Part shown: piece by piece, positions 26,694 through 40,107 of the stretch
Layout: each line of letters opens with the position of its first letter
How positions within the stretch are numbered: the first letter of the stretch is position 1
Assembly (NCBI GenBank): GCA_965248355.1
Contig: OZ252098.1
Coordinates: 352,001-416,000, forward strand
DNA length: 64,000 nucleotides
Source: Candidatus Latescibacterota bacterium
GTDB taxonomy: Bacteria; Latescibacterota; UBA2968; UBA8231
Direction of reading: 5' to 3'
The notes under the pieces: model-generated
What the model saw: only the letters and a program-made list of their open reading frames with translations
What the model was told of the DNA's origin: nothing
Databases searched by the model: none
Translations under genes and position numbers: made by a program

Positions 26694-27644
26694 TCAGAAC
26701 CCGCATCTCTCCGCGGCCCTGAAGAATGGCTCGGTGACGTTCATGGCCCCGCGGAACACCAGGTCGCTGGTGAAGGGGTGAACGCAGATCAGCCTCGCGC
26801 CGTTGTCCATGGCGCGGACCATGTTGTCCTCGATCTCGCCGGGATCCTCCATGGAGCCGGAGCCGACGACGCGGCCCGTGTGGATGCCGCGCCGGGCTGC
26901 CGCGCGGAAGAGCGCGTCGATGGCCTGCTCCATCTCCGGGATCTCACCCTGGCGCAGGATGGCGTCGAAGGGTCCGACGAAGCCGCAGGCCTTGTTCCGG
27001 CCCTGGGCCTGCATCAGGTCCAGGACCCGGTCGCGGAGGTCCCGGTCGATGATGTACTCGGCCGTCTCGAACTGGATCCACCCCTGGGTCTCGGTCTCCT
27101 GGCCGCGCAGTGACTCCGGGGTGAAGGCGAACTTGCGATCGCCGTAGCGCACGGGATAGCCGCCGCGGTCGTCGCGCGTGGCCTCTCCCGGCGTGGGGAA
27201 GTTCACGGCCCGGAAGAACCTCTCGGCCTCCTCGAAGGTGGTCCCGTACGGCTTCATGGTCGCCCGCGCCCCCAGCTGAAAGACGTCGCCGTGGGCGCTG
27301 AAGGCCTCGCGGTGGAGGCGCTGCACCTGAAGGAGCCCCACCCGGCCCTCCATGGCGTTCTGCTGCCGTCCGTACCAGCCCTCCCTCTGGAGATGCTCGG
27401 CGTCGTTGACGATCCACGACAGGCCGGCGCGCGCCCAGGAGTGCACCTCGTCCTCGCGGACCTGGTACCAGGGGACGTCGTTGAAGATGCCCAGCAGGGG
27501 CGGGGTCTCCTCCACCGACCCGTGTTTGTCCAGGGACTCCTTCACCGGGTTGCGATTCGGGTTCATGGCAAAGGCATGGGCGCGGCGGGCGAACTCCTCC
27601 GTCGCCAGGGGACGCTGTCCCCCGAGGCAGTCCAGGGCGGTCAC
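26694..27644 (-). CDS. HpcH/HpaI-like aldolase-fold protein (divergent)
   Basis: GTG start overlapping the upstream TGA, with GGAGA RBS; WIVNDAEH, WIQFET and FVGPFD motifs. Confidence 0.6.
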   Translation of the reverse strand: MTALDCLGGQRPLATEEFARRAHAFAMNPNRNPVKESLDKHGSVEETPPLLGIFNDVPWYQVREDEVHSWARAGLSWIVNDAEHLQREGWYGRQQNAMEGRVGLLQVQRLHREAFSAHGDVFQLGARATMKPYGTTFEEAERFFRAVNFPTPGEATRDDRGGYPVRYGDRKFAFTPESLRGQETETQGWIQFETAEYIIDRDLRDRVLDLMQAQGRNKACGFVGPFDAILRQGEIPEMEQAIDALFRAAARRGIHTGRVVGSGSMEDPGEIEDNMVRAMDNGARLICVHPFTSDLVFRGAMNVTEPFFRAAERCGF

Positions 27645-28381
27645 GGTTTGTCTCCGGGTGAAGGGAGAGCGCCGCCGGCGGGGCAGGCATCCCGCAGGCA
27701 GCATCCCTCGCAAAGGGGCCGGGCCCTGCAGTGAGCCACGGCGTGGCGCACCAGCAGGGCGTGGTACTCGTTGTACAGCGCGGTGTCCTGCGGCAGGCCC
27801 GACTCGAGGTGCTCCTGCAATGGGTGGTAGGCGATGCCCTCCGGCACCCAGGCCAGGCGGGAGGCGATGCGCCGGGTGTAGGTGTCGATGACGAAAAAGG
27901 GACGGCCGGCGGCGTAGAGCAGGATGCTGTCCGCCGTCTCGGGGCCCACGCCGCGCCGGGCCAGCAACTCGGCGCGCAGCTCGGTGGCCGGCCGGGAGAG
28001 AAAGGGAGCGATCCGGCCGCCGCTTGCGGCTAGCAGATGGGCGGCCAGCTCCTGCAGATTGCGCGCCTTCTGGTTGAAGTAGCCGGCGCTGTGGATGGTG
28101 GCCGCCAGGTCGGACCGGGGCAGGGCGGCCATGCGCCGCAGGCTCAGGACTCGCCGCCGGATCAGCGCCGACAGGGCTGCGGAGGCATTTCGCCAGGCCG
28201 TGTTCTGCGCGAGGATGGAGCCGACGACGATCTCCCACTGCTGCCGCGGACCCGGCACGGTACCGGCGGTGCCGGGTCGGTACAGGGGGCGGATCCCCCC
28301 GCGCGCCGTGGTCGGCCACCAGCCCTGGGGGCCGTAGTGCCGGAGGAGCCGCTCGTAGGCTTGAAGGACGCTCAGTGCCAC
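27641..28381 (-). CDS. Endonuclease III-like HhH-GPD DNA glycosylase family protein
   Basis: YGPQGWWP, ILAQNTAW, GVGPETADSILLY, VIDTY and C-terminal CxxxPxCxxCxLxxxC motifs. Start approximate. Confidence 0.85.
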   Translation of the reverse strand: MALSVLQAYERLLRHYGPQGWWPTTARGGIRPLYRPGTAGTVPGPRQQWEIVVGSILAQNTAWRNASAALSALIRRRVLSLRRMAALPRSDLAATIHSAGYFNQKARNLQELAAHLLAASGGRIAPFLSRPATELRAELLARRGVGPETADSILLYAAGRPFFVIDTYTRRIASRLAWVPEGIAYHPLQEHLESGLPQDTALYNEYHALLVRHAVAHCRARPLCEGCCLRDACPAGGALPSPGDKP

Positions 28382-28477
28382 GCGGGCAAGATGGCGGGCG
28401 CCTCTTGGCGGGTCAAGGCATGGGGCCTTACCCTTGGGCGCTCGCGTCAGGCGTGGTGAATCCAGAGGAGGCATGAG

Positions 28478-29575
28478 GTGACTCGACGTTATCGAGCTGC
28501 TGCGATCGGCCGCACCGGCCGGGGGAACTACGGCCACGGCCTGCATCTGGCCTACCGGGACCATCCGGCCGTCGACTTCGTGGCCGTCGCCGACCCCGAC
28601 GAGGAGGGCCGCGCAAAGGCGCAGGCGGAGACGGGGGCCGCCGAGGCCTACCCGGATTACCAAAGGATGCTGCAGGAGCAGTCCCCGGACCTCGTCAGCG
28701 TGTGCCCGCGATGGACCGACTGCCACCTGGAGATGGTCACCGCCTGCCTGGAGGCCGGGGCCCACGTCTACTGCGAGAAGCCGATGACGTGGAACCTGGC
28801 CGAGGGCGACGCCATCGTCGGCAAGGCCCGGGAGGTGGGGCGCAAGGTCGCCGTCGCCCACCAGGCCGTGTACCTGCCCCGCATCCAGGGCGTCCGCCGG
28901 ATCCTGCAGGAGGGCCGCATCGGTCAGCTGCAGGCGATCCACGCCCACGGCAAGCAGGATCGCCGCGGCGGCGGCGAGGACATGATCGTCCTGGGCACGC
29001 ACCTGTTCAACATGATGCGGTTCTTCGTCGGCGACGTGCGCTGGATGTCGGCGCAGGTCACGGCGGAGGGACGGGAGCTGGCCCCGGCCGACGTGCGCGA
29101 GGCGGGCGAGCCCGTGGGCCCGGTGGCCGGCGACTGTGTGAACTCGTACTTCGCATTCGAGTCGGGGGTGGCCGGGTTTTTCGACTCGCGCAAGGACCAG
29201 GCCGGCTCCAACCAGCGCTACGGCATGGAGATCGTCGGCAGCGAGGGTGTGATTTCGCTGCGCGGCGGCAGCGGCTCGGAGCTGATGATCTACCCCCATC
29301 CCGTCTTTCTCCCCGCCGCCGCCGACCAGGGCTGGAAGCCGTTGGAGGGACTGCCCGACGACCAACTGCCCAAGGGCAACCAGTGGGCTGTCGCCGACCT
29401 GATCGAGGCGGCCGAGGAAGACCGCGAGCCGCTGTCGAGCGCCGCCGACGCCGTGGCCGCGCTGGAGATGATCCTGGGCGCCTACGAGTCGCAGATCACC
29501 GGCGCCCGGGTGTCCATGCCGATGGCCAACCGCGAGCACCCCCTGGTCGCCTTCCGGGAGAGCCGCCTTCCGTGA
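28478..29575 (+). CDS. Gfo/Idh/MocA-family oxidoreductase
   Basis: AAIGRTGRGNYGHG and HVYCEKP motifs. Confidence 0.9.
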   Translation: MTRRYRAAAIGRTGRGNYGHGLHLAYRDHPAVDFVAVADPDEEGRAKAQAETGAAEAYPDYQRMLQEQSPDLVSVCPRWTDCHLEMVTACLEAGAHVYCEKPMTWNLAEGDAIVGKAREVGRKVAVAHQAVYLPRIQGVRRILQEGRIGQLQAIHAHGKQDRRGGGEDMIVLGTHLFNMMRFFVGDVRWMSAQVTAEGRELAPADVREAGEPVGPVAGDCVNSYFAFESGVAGFFDSRKDQAGSNQRYGMEIVGSEGVISLRGGSGSELMIYPHPVFLPAAADQGWKPLEGLPDDQLPKGNQWAVADLIEAAEEDREPLSSAADAVAALEMILGAYESQITGARVSMPMANREHPLVAFRESRLP

Positions 29576-31029
29576 GCGAGTCCCGGCTCGTTCCGCACGA
29601 AGTCATCCCCTGCGACCAACTGCCCGCGGCCCTCTACCGGGACCTGCCGGAGGCGCCTTCGTGGCGCAAGCTTGTCGGGCCCAGCGTCCTGCTCCTCGGC
29701 CTCTCCCTCGGCAGCGGGGAGTTCGTCCTCTGGCCCTACATCACCTACCGCTTCGGATTCGTCGCCTTCTGGGCCTGCATGGTGGGAGTCACGACCCAGT
29801 ACTTCATCAACATGGAGATCGAGCGCTGGACCCTGGCCACGGGAGAGTCGGCGATCACCGGGTTCTGCCGCCTGTGGAAAGGATGGGCGGCCGTCTTCCT
29901 CGCCTGCAACGTCATCCCCTGGATGTGGCCGGGCTGGGCCGCGGGCGCGGCGACCCTGCTCACCTGGGAGATCGGCGGGGGCGAGGCGGCGCGGACCCTG
30001 TTCGCCATCCTCAGCCTGTTGGCCATCGGTGCGGCCCTGACCCTCGGCCCCGTGGTCTACAACACGGTGGAGCGGCTTCAGAAGGTCCTGGTGGCCTTCA
30101 TCTTCCTCTTCATGGTGATCCTGTTCTTCCTGGTGGTGGACCTCGTCCACGTGGGGGAGATGGCGCGGGGCATCGCCAACGTGGGCCATATCCCCGACGG
30201 CATGGAGCTGCCCCTCCTGCTCGGAGCCCTGGCCTTCGCCGGAGCCGGCGGCACCATGAACCTCGTGCAGAGCAACTACGTGCGCGAGAAGGGATTCGCC
30301 ATGGGCCGCTTCGCCGGCCGCCTGACGAGTCCCCTCACCGGCCGCACCGAGGTGGTGGCCGACATCGGGTCCCATTTCGAGCACGGCCCCGAGAATCTGC
30401 GCCGCTGGAAGGATTGGTGGCGCGCGGCCAACCGCGAGCACCTTCTCAACTTCTATCTGCTGTCGGTGCTGTCCCTGATGATGCTGTCGCTGATCGCTTA
30501 CGCCAGCACCCAGGGGGCACCCGGACTGGACAAGGGTTTCGGCTTCATCCGCGCCGAGGGGCGATTCATCGGCGACCGCTACGGGTCGTGGATGCAGCAC
30601 GGCTTTCACTGGATGGGGATCGCCATCCTGCTGACGACCGAGTTGGGGCTCCTCGACGCCTGCGCCCGCATCTCGACGGACATCATCAAGGTCAACTGGC
30701 TGCGCGACAGCGAGGTCTGGACCGACAGCCGCCTCTACTTCCTGCTGCTGTGGGCCCAGATCCTGCTCGGCTGCGCCATACTGCTCGCGGGGCTGGTCGT
30801 GCCCGGCCTGACGCAGCCCCTGGTGCTCCTCGTGCTGAGCGCTTCCCTGAACGGCGGCGTGATGCTGATCTACTCGCTGCTGCTCCTGTGGATGAACAGC
30901 CGCGTTCTGGGCGGCCGCCTGCGCACCCCCGTGCTGCGGTTCCTGGCGATGGTGTGGGCCAGCGCCTTCTTCGGCTACTTCACCATCGTCACTCTGGGCA
31001 ACGAGCTGCCAAAGCTCTTTGGCGAGTGA
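29572..31029 (+). CDS. Nramp/MntH-related multi-TM transporter
   Basis: GTG start overlapping the upstream TGA; VGPSVLLLGLSLGSGEFVLWP and ERWTLATGES motifs; many hydrophobic segments. Confidence 0.75.
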   Translation: MSESRLVPHEVIPCDQLPAALYRDLPEAPSWRKLVGPSVLLLGLSLGSGEFVLWPYITYRFGFVAFWACMVGVTTQYFINMEIERWTLATGESAITGFCRLWKGWAAVFLACNVIPWMWPGWAAGAATLLTWEIGGGEAARTLFAILSLLAIGAALTLGPVVYNTVERLQKVLVAFIFLFMVILFFLVVDLVHVGEMARGIANVGHIPDGMELPLLLGALAFAGAGGTMNLVQSNYVREKGFAMGRFAGRLTSPLTGRTEVVADIGSHFEHGPENLRRWKDWWRAANREHLLNFYLLSVLSLMMLSLIAYASTQGAPGLDKGFGFIRAEGRFIGDRYGSWMQHGFHWMGIAILLTTELGLLDACARISTDIIKVNWLRDSEVWTDSRLYFLLLWAQILLGCAILLAGLVVPGLTQPLVLLVLSASLNGGVMLIYSLLLLWMNSRVLGGRLRTPVLRFLAMVWASAFFGYFTIVTLGNELPKLFGE

Positions 31030-31054
31030 CGCAACCGGGCGGGGCCCCACTTTC

Positions 31055-31083
31055 TTGACATCCCCCCGGGTTCCGTCTATAAT
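31055..31083 (+). promoter_or_regulatory. Consensus sigma70 promoter of the ilvC-leu operon
   Basis: Perfect TTGACA-N17-TATAAT. Confidence 0.9.
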
Positions 31084-31133
31084 TGCGCGCCTTGTACAGT
31101 TCTTCAGCCAGATACCGACTCTCCGGCCTTCCC

Positions 31134-31268
31134 ATGAGTATCGCACCGAGCGCCGTGAACCCACCGCCCTTCTCGATCATCCGGTTCGGCCTCCCCCTGC
31201 GCTCCCTGCCGCCCATCCTGCTCCGCCGCCTGATTCCCGGCCTCGTCCTTACCGGGCCGATCGAATAG
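31134..31268 (+). promoter_or_regulatory. Putative branched-chain amino acid leader peptide (44 aa)
   Basis: MSIAPSAVNPPPFSIIRFGLPLRSLPPILLRRLIPGLVLTGPIE has 16/44 Ile/Leu/Val and lies in the ~340 nt leader of ilvC. Confidence 0.5.
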
Positions 31269-31426
31269 GCTCCGCCGCTTCCTTCTCACGCATTTCAATC
31301 GAAGACGCCGGACGGAGCCTCTGAAGCGACTTTCACGGGCGGTGACGGAGTTGTGTTCACTCCGGTGACCCCCACACCTGCGGCCGTGGCCGCCGCCCCG
31401 TTCCCCGGGGCAAGGAGAGCATCCCG

Positions 31427-32431
<1,005 letters not shown>

Positions 32432-32463
32432 CGGGCCCTCTTTCATCGGACGGAGCGATCGCC

Positions 32464-34038
32464 ATGGCACCATCAGAAACCGAGGACCGCGTCATCATCT
32501 TCGACACGACCCTGCGCGACGCGGAGCAATCGCCGGGAGCGTCGCTGACGTTGCGCGACAAGCTGGAGATCGCCCATCAGCTCGCCCGCCTCCGGGTCGA
32601 CGTCATCGAGGCCGGTTTCCCGGTCTCCTCCAACGAGGACTTCGAGGCCGTGCAGCGTATCGGGCTGGAGGTGGAGGGGCCCACGATCTGCGCCCTGGCG
32701 CGGGTGATCCCCAAGGACATCGACCGCGCCGGGGAGGCGCTGAGGGGGGCGTCCAGGCCGCGCATCCACACCTTCGTGGGCACCTCCGAGGCGCACGTGT
32801 CGCGGCAGATGCGCAAGAGCCGTTCGGAGGTCTTCGACATGGCGGTGAAGGCCGTGGCCCATGCCAGGGGGTACGCCGAGGACGTGGAGTTCTCGCCCAT
32901 GGACGCCACGCGCGCCGAGTTCTCCTTCCTGGCCGAGATCGTGCAGGCCGCAATCGAGGCGGGGGCGGCGACGATCAACATCCCCGACACGGTGGGCTAC
33001 TCCGTGCCGGAGCAGATGGCGGCTCTCATCGGGCGCCTGCGCGCCGAGGTGCCGAACATCGATCAGGCCGTGCTCAGCGTGCACTGCCACGACGACCTCG
33101 GCATGGCCGTCTCCAACAGCCTGGCCTCGTTGCGGGCGGGGGCGCGTCAGGTGGAGTGCACCCTCAACGGCCTCGGGGAGCGCGCCGGCAACGCCTCGCT
33201 GGAGGAGGTGGTGATGGCGCTGAAGACGCGGGGCGACTACTTCGGTCTGCGCACGGAGGTCGTGGCCAGGGAGATCCTGTCCACGAGCCGCCTGGTGAGC
33301 CGCCTCATGGGCATCGTGGTTCCGCCCAACAAGGCGATCGTCGGCGCCAACGCCTTCGCCCACAGCTCGGGCATCCACCAGGACGGCGTGCTCAAGTCGC
33401 GGGACACCTTCGAGATCATGGACCCCACCGAGGTGGGCTGGGAGGCGACCTCCATCGTGCTGACGGCGCGCTCCGGCCGGCACGCCCTGCGTCATCGGCT
33501 GGAGGAGCTGGGCTACGAGATGGACGCGGAGCGCCTCGACGAGATCTACGAGCGTTTCCTGGAGCTGGCGGAAAAGAAGAAGGAGGTCTTCGACGAGGAT
33601 CTGATGGCCATCGTCGAGGACGAGATCCGCGAGGGCGAGGGCGGCCGGTATGCGCTGGAGTACCTGCACACGGTCAGCGGCACGGGCACCGTGCCCTCGG
33701 CCACGGTGCGGATCCGCGTCGACGGCGAGGAGCGCGTGCAGCAGTCGGCCTGGGGCGACGGCCCGGTGGACGCCACGTACGAGGCCATCAACCAGGTGAC
33801 CAATACCCGGGCCAAGGTCGAGGAGTACTCCATCCAGGCGATCACCGGGGGCAGCCAGGCCATGGGCGACGTGACGGTACGCGTCAGTGACGGCGACCTG
33901 AAGACCACGGGGCGCGGCACGTCGACGGACATCATCGAGGCCAGCGCCCGGGCCTATCTGGACGCCATCAACCGGTTGGAGCTGCGCCGGGGGCGGCAGG
34001 TGCGACTGGACCAGAAGGCCCCGGACCGCGCCCTCTGA
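32464..34038 (+). CDS. leuA: 2-isopropylmalate synthase
   Basis: [30 protein letters not shown] and HQDGVLK motifs plus C-terminal regulatory domain. Confidence 0.95.
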   Translation: MAPSETEDRVIIFDTTLRDAEQSPGASLTLRDKLEIAHQLARLRVDVIEAGFPVSSNEDFEAVQRIGLEVEGPTICALARVIPKDIDRAGEALRGASRPRIHTFVGTSEAHVSRQMRKSRSEVFDMAVKAVAHARGYAEDVEFSPMDATRAEFSFLAEIVQAAIEAGAATINIPDTVGYSVPEQMAALIGRLRAEVPNIDQAVLSVHCHDDLGMAVSNSLASLRAGARQVECTLNGLGERAGNASLEEVVMALKTRGDYFGLRTEVVAREILSTSRLVSRLMGIVVPPNKAIVGANAFAHSSGIHQDGVLKSRDTFEIMDPTEVGWEATSIVLTARSGRHALRHRLEELGYEMDAERLDEIYERFLELAEKKKEVFDEDLMAIVEDEIREGEGGRYALEYLHTVSGTGTVPSATVRIRVDGEERVQQSAWGDGPVDATYEAINQVTNTRAKVEEYSIQAITGGSQAMGDVTVRVSDGDLKTTGRGTSTDIIEASARAYLDAINRLELRRGRQVRLDQKAPDRAL

Positions 34039-34079
34039 GGCCGCCCGCCGCCATCCTCTCAGGGGGAGATCGAAAGCAG

Positions 34080-35480
34080 ATGGGGAAGAACCTGTTCGAG
34101 AAAGTCTGGGAAGCCCACACCGTGCGCGAGCTGTCCTCCGGACAGACGCAGCTGTTCGTCGGACTGCACCTGATCCACGAGGTCACCAGCCCCCAGGCTT
34201 TCCAGATGCTGCGGGAGCGCGGACTGAGGGTGATGCACCCCGAGCGCACCTGGGCCACGGTGGACCACATCATACCCACCGACATGCGCGGCCGGCCCTT
34301 CCTCGACGATCTCGCCGAGAGGATGATGGTGGCCATCGAGGAGAATGCCGCCGAGTTCGAGATCCCCCTCTTCGGCATGGACGATCCGCGCCGGGGGATC
34401 GTCCACGTCATCGGTCCCGAGCTCGGGCTGACCCAGCCCGGGATGACGATCGCCTGCGGCGACAGCCACACCTCCACCCACGGCGCCTTCGGGGCCGTCG
34501 CCTTCGGCATCGGCACCAGCCAGGTGCGGGACGTGCTCGCCTCCCAGTGCCTGGCCATGTCGCGTCCCAAGGTGCGCCGCGTGTCCGTCGACGGGACCCT
34601 CGGCCAGGGGGTGTACGCCAAGGACCTGACGCTCCACGTCATCGGCGCCCTGGGCGTGAAGGGTGGGGTGGGGTACGCCTACGAGTACGCCGGCGAGGTC
34701 CTGGACCGCATGTCCATGGAAGAGCGGATGACGGTGTGCAACATGTCCATCGAGGGCGGAGCCCGCTGCGGCTACGTCAATCCCGACGCGACCACATTCG
34801 AGTATCTCCAGGGCCGCCCGGAGGCCCCGAGGGGCGCCGCCTTCGATGACGCCGTCGACTGGTGGCGGTCGATCGCTTCCGGACCCGACGCCGGGTACGA
34901 CGATGTCGTGGAGATCGACGCCGCCCACATCGCCCCGACCGTCACCTGGGGCATCAACCCCGGGCAGTCCTGTGGTGTGGACGGATCCCTGCCCTTCCCC
35001 GAGGAGGCAGGTGGCGACGCCGGGGGGGTCGCCGAAGCCCTCGACTACATGGGGTTCGAGGCCGGGCAGCCCATCGCCGGCACCCCGGTGGACGTGGCCT
35101 TCATCGGCTCGTGCACCAACTCGCGCATCTCCGATCTTCGGGAGGCGGCGAAAGTCGTGAAGGGTCGAAGGGCCGCCCCCGACGTGAAAGCCCTCGTCGT
35201 CCCGGGGTCGCAGAAGGTGGGTGACCAGGCCCGGCGCGAGGGTCTCGACGAGGTCTTCCGCGCCGCCGGGTTCGAATGGCGCGAGGCCGGCTGCTCCATG
35301 TGCCTGGCCATGAATCCCGACAAGCTGGAGGGGCGGCAAGTCTGCGCTTCGTCGAGCAATCGCAACTTCAAGGGCCGCCAGGGAAGTCCCACGGGGCGGA
35401 CTCTGCTCATGAGCCCGGCCATGGTCGCGGCGGCCGCGGTGAGCGGGCGGGTGACCGACGTGCGCACCATGCTGAACTGA
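34080..35480 (+). CDS. leuC: 3-isopropylmalate dehydratase large subunit
   Basis: [27 protein letters not shown] and GCSMCLAMN motifs. Confidence 0.98.
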   Translation: MGKNLFEKVWEAHTVRELSSGQTQLFVGLHLIHEVTSPQAFQMLRERGLRVMHPERTWATVDHIIPTDMRGRPFLDDLAERMMVAIEENAAEFEIPLFGMDDPRRGIVHVIGPELGLTQPGMTIACGDSHTSTHGAFGAVAFGIGTSQVRDVLASQCLAMSRPKVRRVSVDGTLGQGVYAKDLTLHVIGALGVKGGVGYAYEYAGEVLDRMSMEERMTVCNMSIEGGARCGYVNPDATTFEYLQGRPEAPRGAAFDDAVDWWRSIASGPDAGYDDVVEIDAAHIAPTVTWGINPGQSCGVDGSLPFPEEAGGDAGGVAEALDYMGFEAGQPIAGTPVDVAFIGSCTNSRISDLREAAKVVKGRRAAPDVKALVVPGSQKVGDQARREGLDEVFRAAGFEWREAGCSMCLAMNPDKLEGRQVCASSSNRNFKGRQGSPTGRTLLMSPAMVAAAAVSGRVTDVRTMLN

Positions 35481-35487
35481 GGGAGAG

Positions 35488-36108
35488 ATGACACCGACGC
35501 GCGAGGCATCCTCGAGCATCCGTCACCGGATCAGCGGCCGCGCCGTACCGGTACGCGGCAACGACATCGACACCGACCGCATCATCCCGGCGCGTTACCT
35601 GCGCACCGTCACCTTCGACGGTCTCGGGGAGCACGCCTTCGAGGACGACCGCGCCGCCGCCGGACACCCCTTCAAGGATCCGCGCTTCGCCGGCGCCTCC
35701 ATCCTCGTGGCCCATGACAACTTCGGCTGCGGCTCCTCCCGGGAGCACGCCCCCCAGGCCCTGATGCGCTGGGGGATCGAGGCCTTCGTGGCCGTCTCCT
35801 TCGCCGAGATCTTCTTCGGCAACTGCGTGGCCATGGGCCTCCCCTGCCTGAAGGTGTCGGAGGGGGAGGTGGCGCGGCTGATGCAGGCCGTCGAGGAGGA
35901 TCCGGCCCTGTCGGTAGAGATCGACGTGGAGGCGCAGACAGCGTTTTTTGGCGGAGAGAGGATCGCGGCGACCATGCCGGAGGGTCCGCGAGAGCAGCTG
36001 GTGACCGGGACCTGGGACGCCCTCGGGCAGTTGCTGGAGGCCGGGGACGCGATCGAGCGAACGGCGCGGAGGCTGCCGTACTTGTCGGCCTTTGGAAGGA
36101 GGTCCTGA
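35488..36108 (+). CDS. leuD: 3-isopropylmalate dehydratase small subunit
   Basis: DIDTDRIIPARYL and NFGCGSSREHAPQAL motifs. Confidence 0.97.
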   Translation: MTPTREASSSIRHRISGRAVPVRGNDIDTDRIIPARYLRTVTFDGLGEHAFEDDRAAAGHPFKDPRFAGASILVAHDNFGCGSSREHAPQALMRWGIEAFVAVSFAEIFFGNCVAMGLPCLKVSEGEVARLMQAVEEDPALSVEIDVEAQTAFFGGERIAATMPEGPREQLVTGTWDALGQLLEAGDAIERTARRLPYLSAFGRRS

Positions 36109-36110
36109 GA

Positions 36111-37205
36111 ATGGGAGAGGAAGGGACGCAAGTGAGATCGTACAAGATCGCCGTCCTGCCGGGAGACGGGACCGGCCCCGAGGTGATCGTCGAGGGGATG
36201 AAGGCCCTGGCCGCCCTGGCCGACAGGACGGGATTCACCTATGAGAGCGTGGAGTTCGACTTCGGTGGCGACCGCTATCTGCGGACCGGCGAGACGCTGC
36301 CCGACTCCGCCGTGGACGAGCTGCGGCAGTTCGACGCCATCTACCTCGGCGCCATCGGCCACCCCGACGTGAGGCCGGGCGTGCTCGAGAAGGGGATCCT
36401 CCTCAGGCTCCGCTTCGAGCTGGATCAGTACATCAACCTGCGGCCGGTGAAGCTCTACCCGAACGTGCCGACTCCGCTCAAGGACAAGGGTCCGGCGGAG
36501 ATCGACTTCGTGGTGGTGCGCGAGAACACGGAGGGCATCTACACCGGCGCCGGCGGGTTCTTCAAGAAGGGGACGCCCGACGAGATCGCCGTGCAGGAGT
36601 CGATCAACACCCGCAAGGGGGTCGAGCGCTGCCTGCGTTACGCCTTCGAGTACACGCGCCGCCGCAACAAGGCCCGGACCCTCACCTTGTGCGGCAAGAC
36701 CAACGTCCTCACCTTCGCCTTCGATCTCTGGGAGCGGGCCTTCCACGAGGTGGGCGAGGCCGATTACGGCGACATCCGGCGCGACTACGCCCACGTGGAC
36801 GCCATCTGCATGTGGATGGTGAAGAACCCCGAGTGGTTCGACGTGATCGTCACCGACAACATCTTCGGCGACATCATCACCGACCTGGGGGCCATGATCC
36901 AGGGAGGCATGGGCATCGCCGCGGGGGGCAACATCCATCCCGGGGGGGTGTCGATGTTCGAGCCCATCGGCGGATCGGCGCCGAAGTACACGGGCCGGAA
37001 CGTGATCAACCCCATGGCGGCTATCGGCGCCTGCCAGCTGATGGTCGACACCCTCGGCGAGCACGAGGCCGCCGGGATCCTCGAGGACGCCGTCGTGTCG
37101 ACCCTGCAGCGGTTGAAGGGCATGGGGGCGGGGGAGATGGGCTATTCCACGAGCCAGGTGGGCGACCTGGTGGCCGAGGCCGTCGCCGCCGCGCCGTCTC
37201 CCTGA
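36111..37205 (+). CDS. leuB: 3-isopropylmalate dehydrogenase
   Basis: IAVLPGDGTGPEV, VVRENTEG, VTDNIFGDIITD and MFEPIGGSAP motifs; alternative GTG start 36132. Confidence 0.92.
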   Translation: MGEEGTQVRSYKIAVLPGDGTGPEVIVEGMKALAALADRTGFTYESVEFDFGGDRYLRTGETLPDSAVDELRQFDAIYLGAIGHPDVRPGVLEKGILLRLRFELDQYINLRPVKLYPNVPTPLKDKGPAEIDFVVVRENTEGIYTGAGGFFKKGTPDEIAVQESINTRKGVERCLRYAFEYTRRRNKARTLTLCGKTNVLTFAFDLWERAFHEVGEADYGDIRRDYAHVDAICMWMVKNPEWFDVIVTDNIFGDIITDLGAMIQGGMGIAAGGNIHPGGVSMFEPIGGSAPKYTGRNVINPMAAIGACQLMVDTLGEHEAAGILEDAVVSTLQRLKGMGAGEMGYSTSQVGDLVAEAVAAAPSP

Positions 37206-37294
37206 CGGTGGAGACAGGGGAGGGTGTTGCTCGTGCCTCCACCCAGGTCATCTCCGCCGTCCGCCCCCGCCGCCGGAGCACCCGAGGGCCGTCC

Positions 37295-38892
<1,598 letters not shown>

Positions 38893-38896
<4 letters not shown>

Positions 38897-40107
38897 TCGA
38901 GATCGAAGGCGGGAGCGTCACCTCCTCCCGGGGTTTCCGGGCTGCCGGCGTCACCTGCGGCATCAAGCCCTCGGGGAGTCGGGATCTGTCCCTGACCGTA
39001 TCCGACGGGCCCGCCGCGGGCGCCGCCGTGTACACCACGAACCGCGTGCAGGGGGCGCCGATCCCGGTCTGCCGCGAGCATCTGGCCGACGGCCGCGCCC
39101 GGGCCGTCATCGTCAACAGCGGCATCGCCAACGTCTGCAACGGCGCCAGGGGCCGCGCCGACGCGGTGCGCATGTGCGAGGCCACGGCCCAGAGGCTCGG
39201 CCTGTCCACGTCGGAGGTCCTCGTCTGTTCCACCGGCATCATCGGCGTGCCGCTGCCGATGGGGAGGATCGAGGAAGGCATCCCGCGCGTCGTTGAGAGC
39301 CTGTCGGAGGAGGGCGGCGTCGAGGCGGCGGAGGCGATGATGACGACGGACACCGTGGCCAAGCACGCCGCCGTCCGCGTCGACCTCGACGGCATTCCGG
39401 CCACGGTGGGGGCCGTCGCCAAGGGCGCCGCCATGATCTCGCCGAACTTGGCCACCATGCTGTCCCTGGTCACCACCGACGCCGCCGTGCCCTCCGAGCG
39501 CCTGCAGCAGTTGCTGGTGCGCGCCGTTGGCCGCAGCTTCAACTGCTGCACCGTCGATGGCGACATGAGCACCAGCGACACCGTGATCGCCCTGGCCAAC
39601 GGCGCCGCCATGGGCGGGGTCGACGCCTCCCCGGGCTTGTCGGAGACGGCCTTCGAGAGCTTGGCCGCGGCCATGGAGCACGTCTGCCGCAGGATGGCGC
39701 GGGCCATCGCCGCCGACGGCGAGGGGGCGAGCAAGCTGATCGCGATTCGAGTTCTCGGAGGGCGGACGGAGGCCGAGGCTCGGAAGGTCGGTCTGGCCGT
39801 GGCCAACTCCAGCCTGGTGAAGACCGCCGCTTTCGGCAACGATCCAAACTGGGGCCGAATCCTCTGCGCCGTGGGATATGCCGGCGTCGAGCTCGATCCG
39901 GAGGCGGTGGGAGTGTCGCTCTGCGGCCGGCCGGTCTACGGCGGCGGCGCCGGGATCGACTTCGACGCCGGGGCCCTGAGCGAGGCCATGAAGTCGGAGG
40001 AGATCGACATCGAGGTCGATCTGAAGGCGGGCGCGGCGGAGGCGGAGATCTTCACCAGCGACCTGACCTACGAATACGTGCGCCTGAACGCGGAGTATAC
40101 CACATGA
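38893..40107 (+). CDS. argJ: Glutamate N-acetyltransferase / ornithine acetyltransferase
   Basis: STGIIG, MTTDT, KGAAMISPNLATML, DGEGASK and DPNWGRI motifs. Confidence 0.95.
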
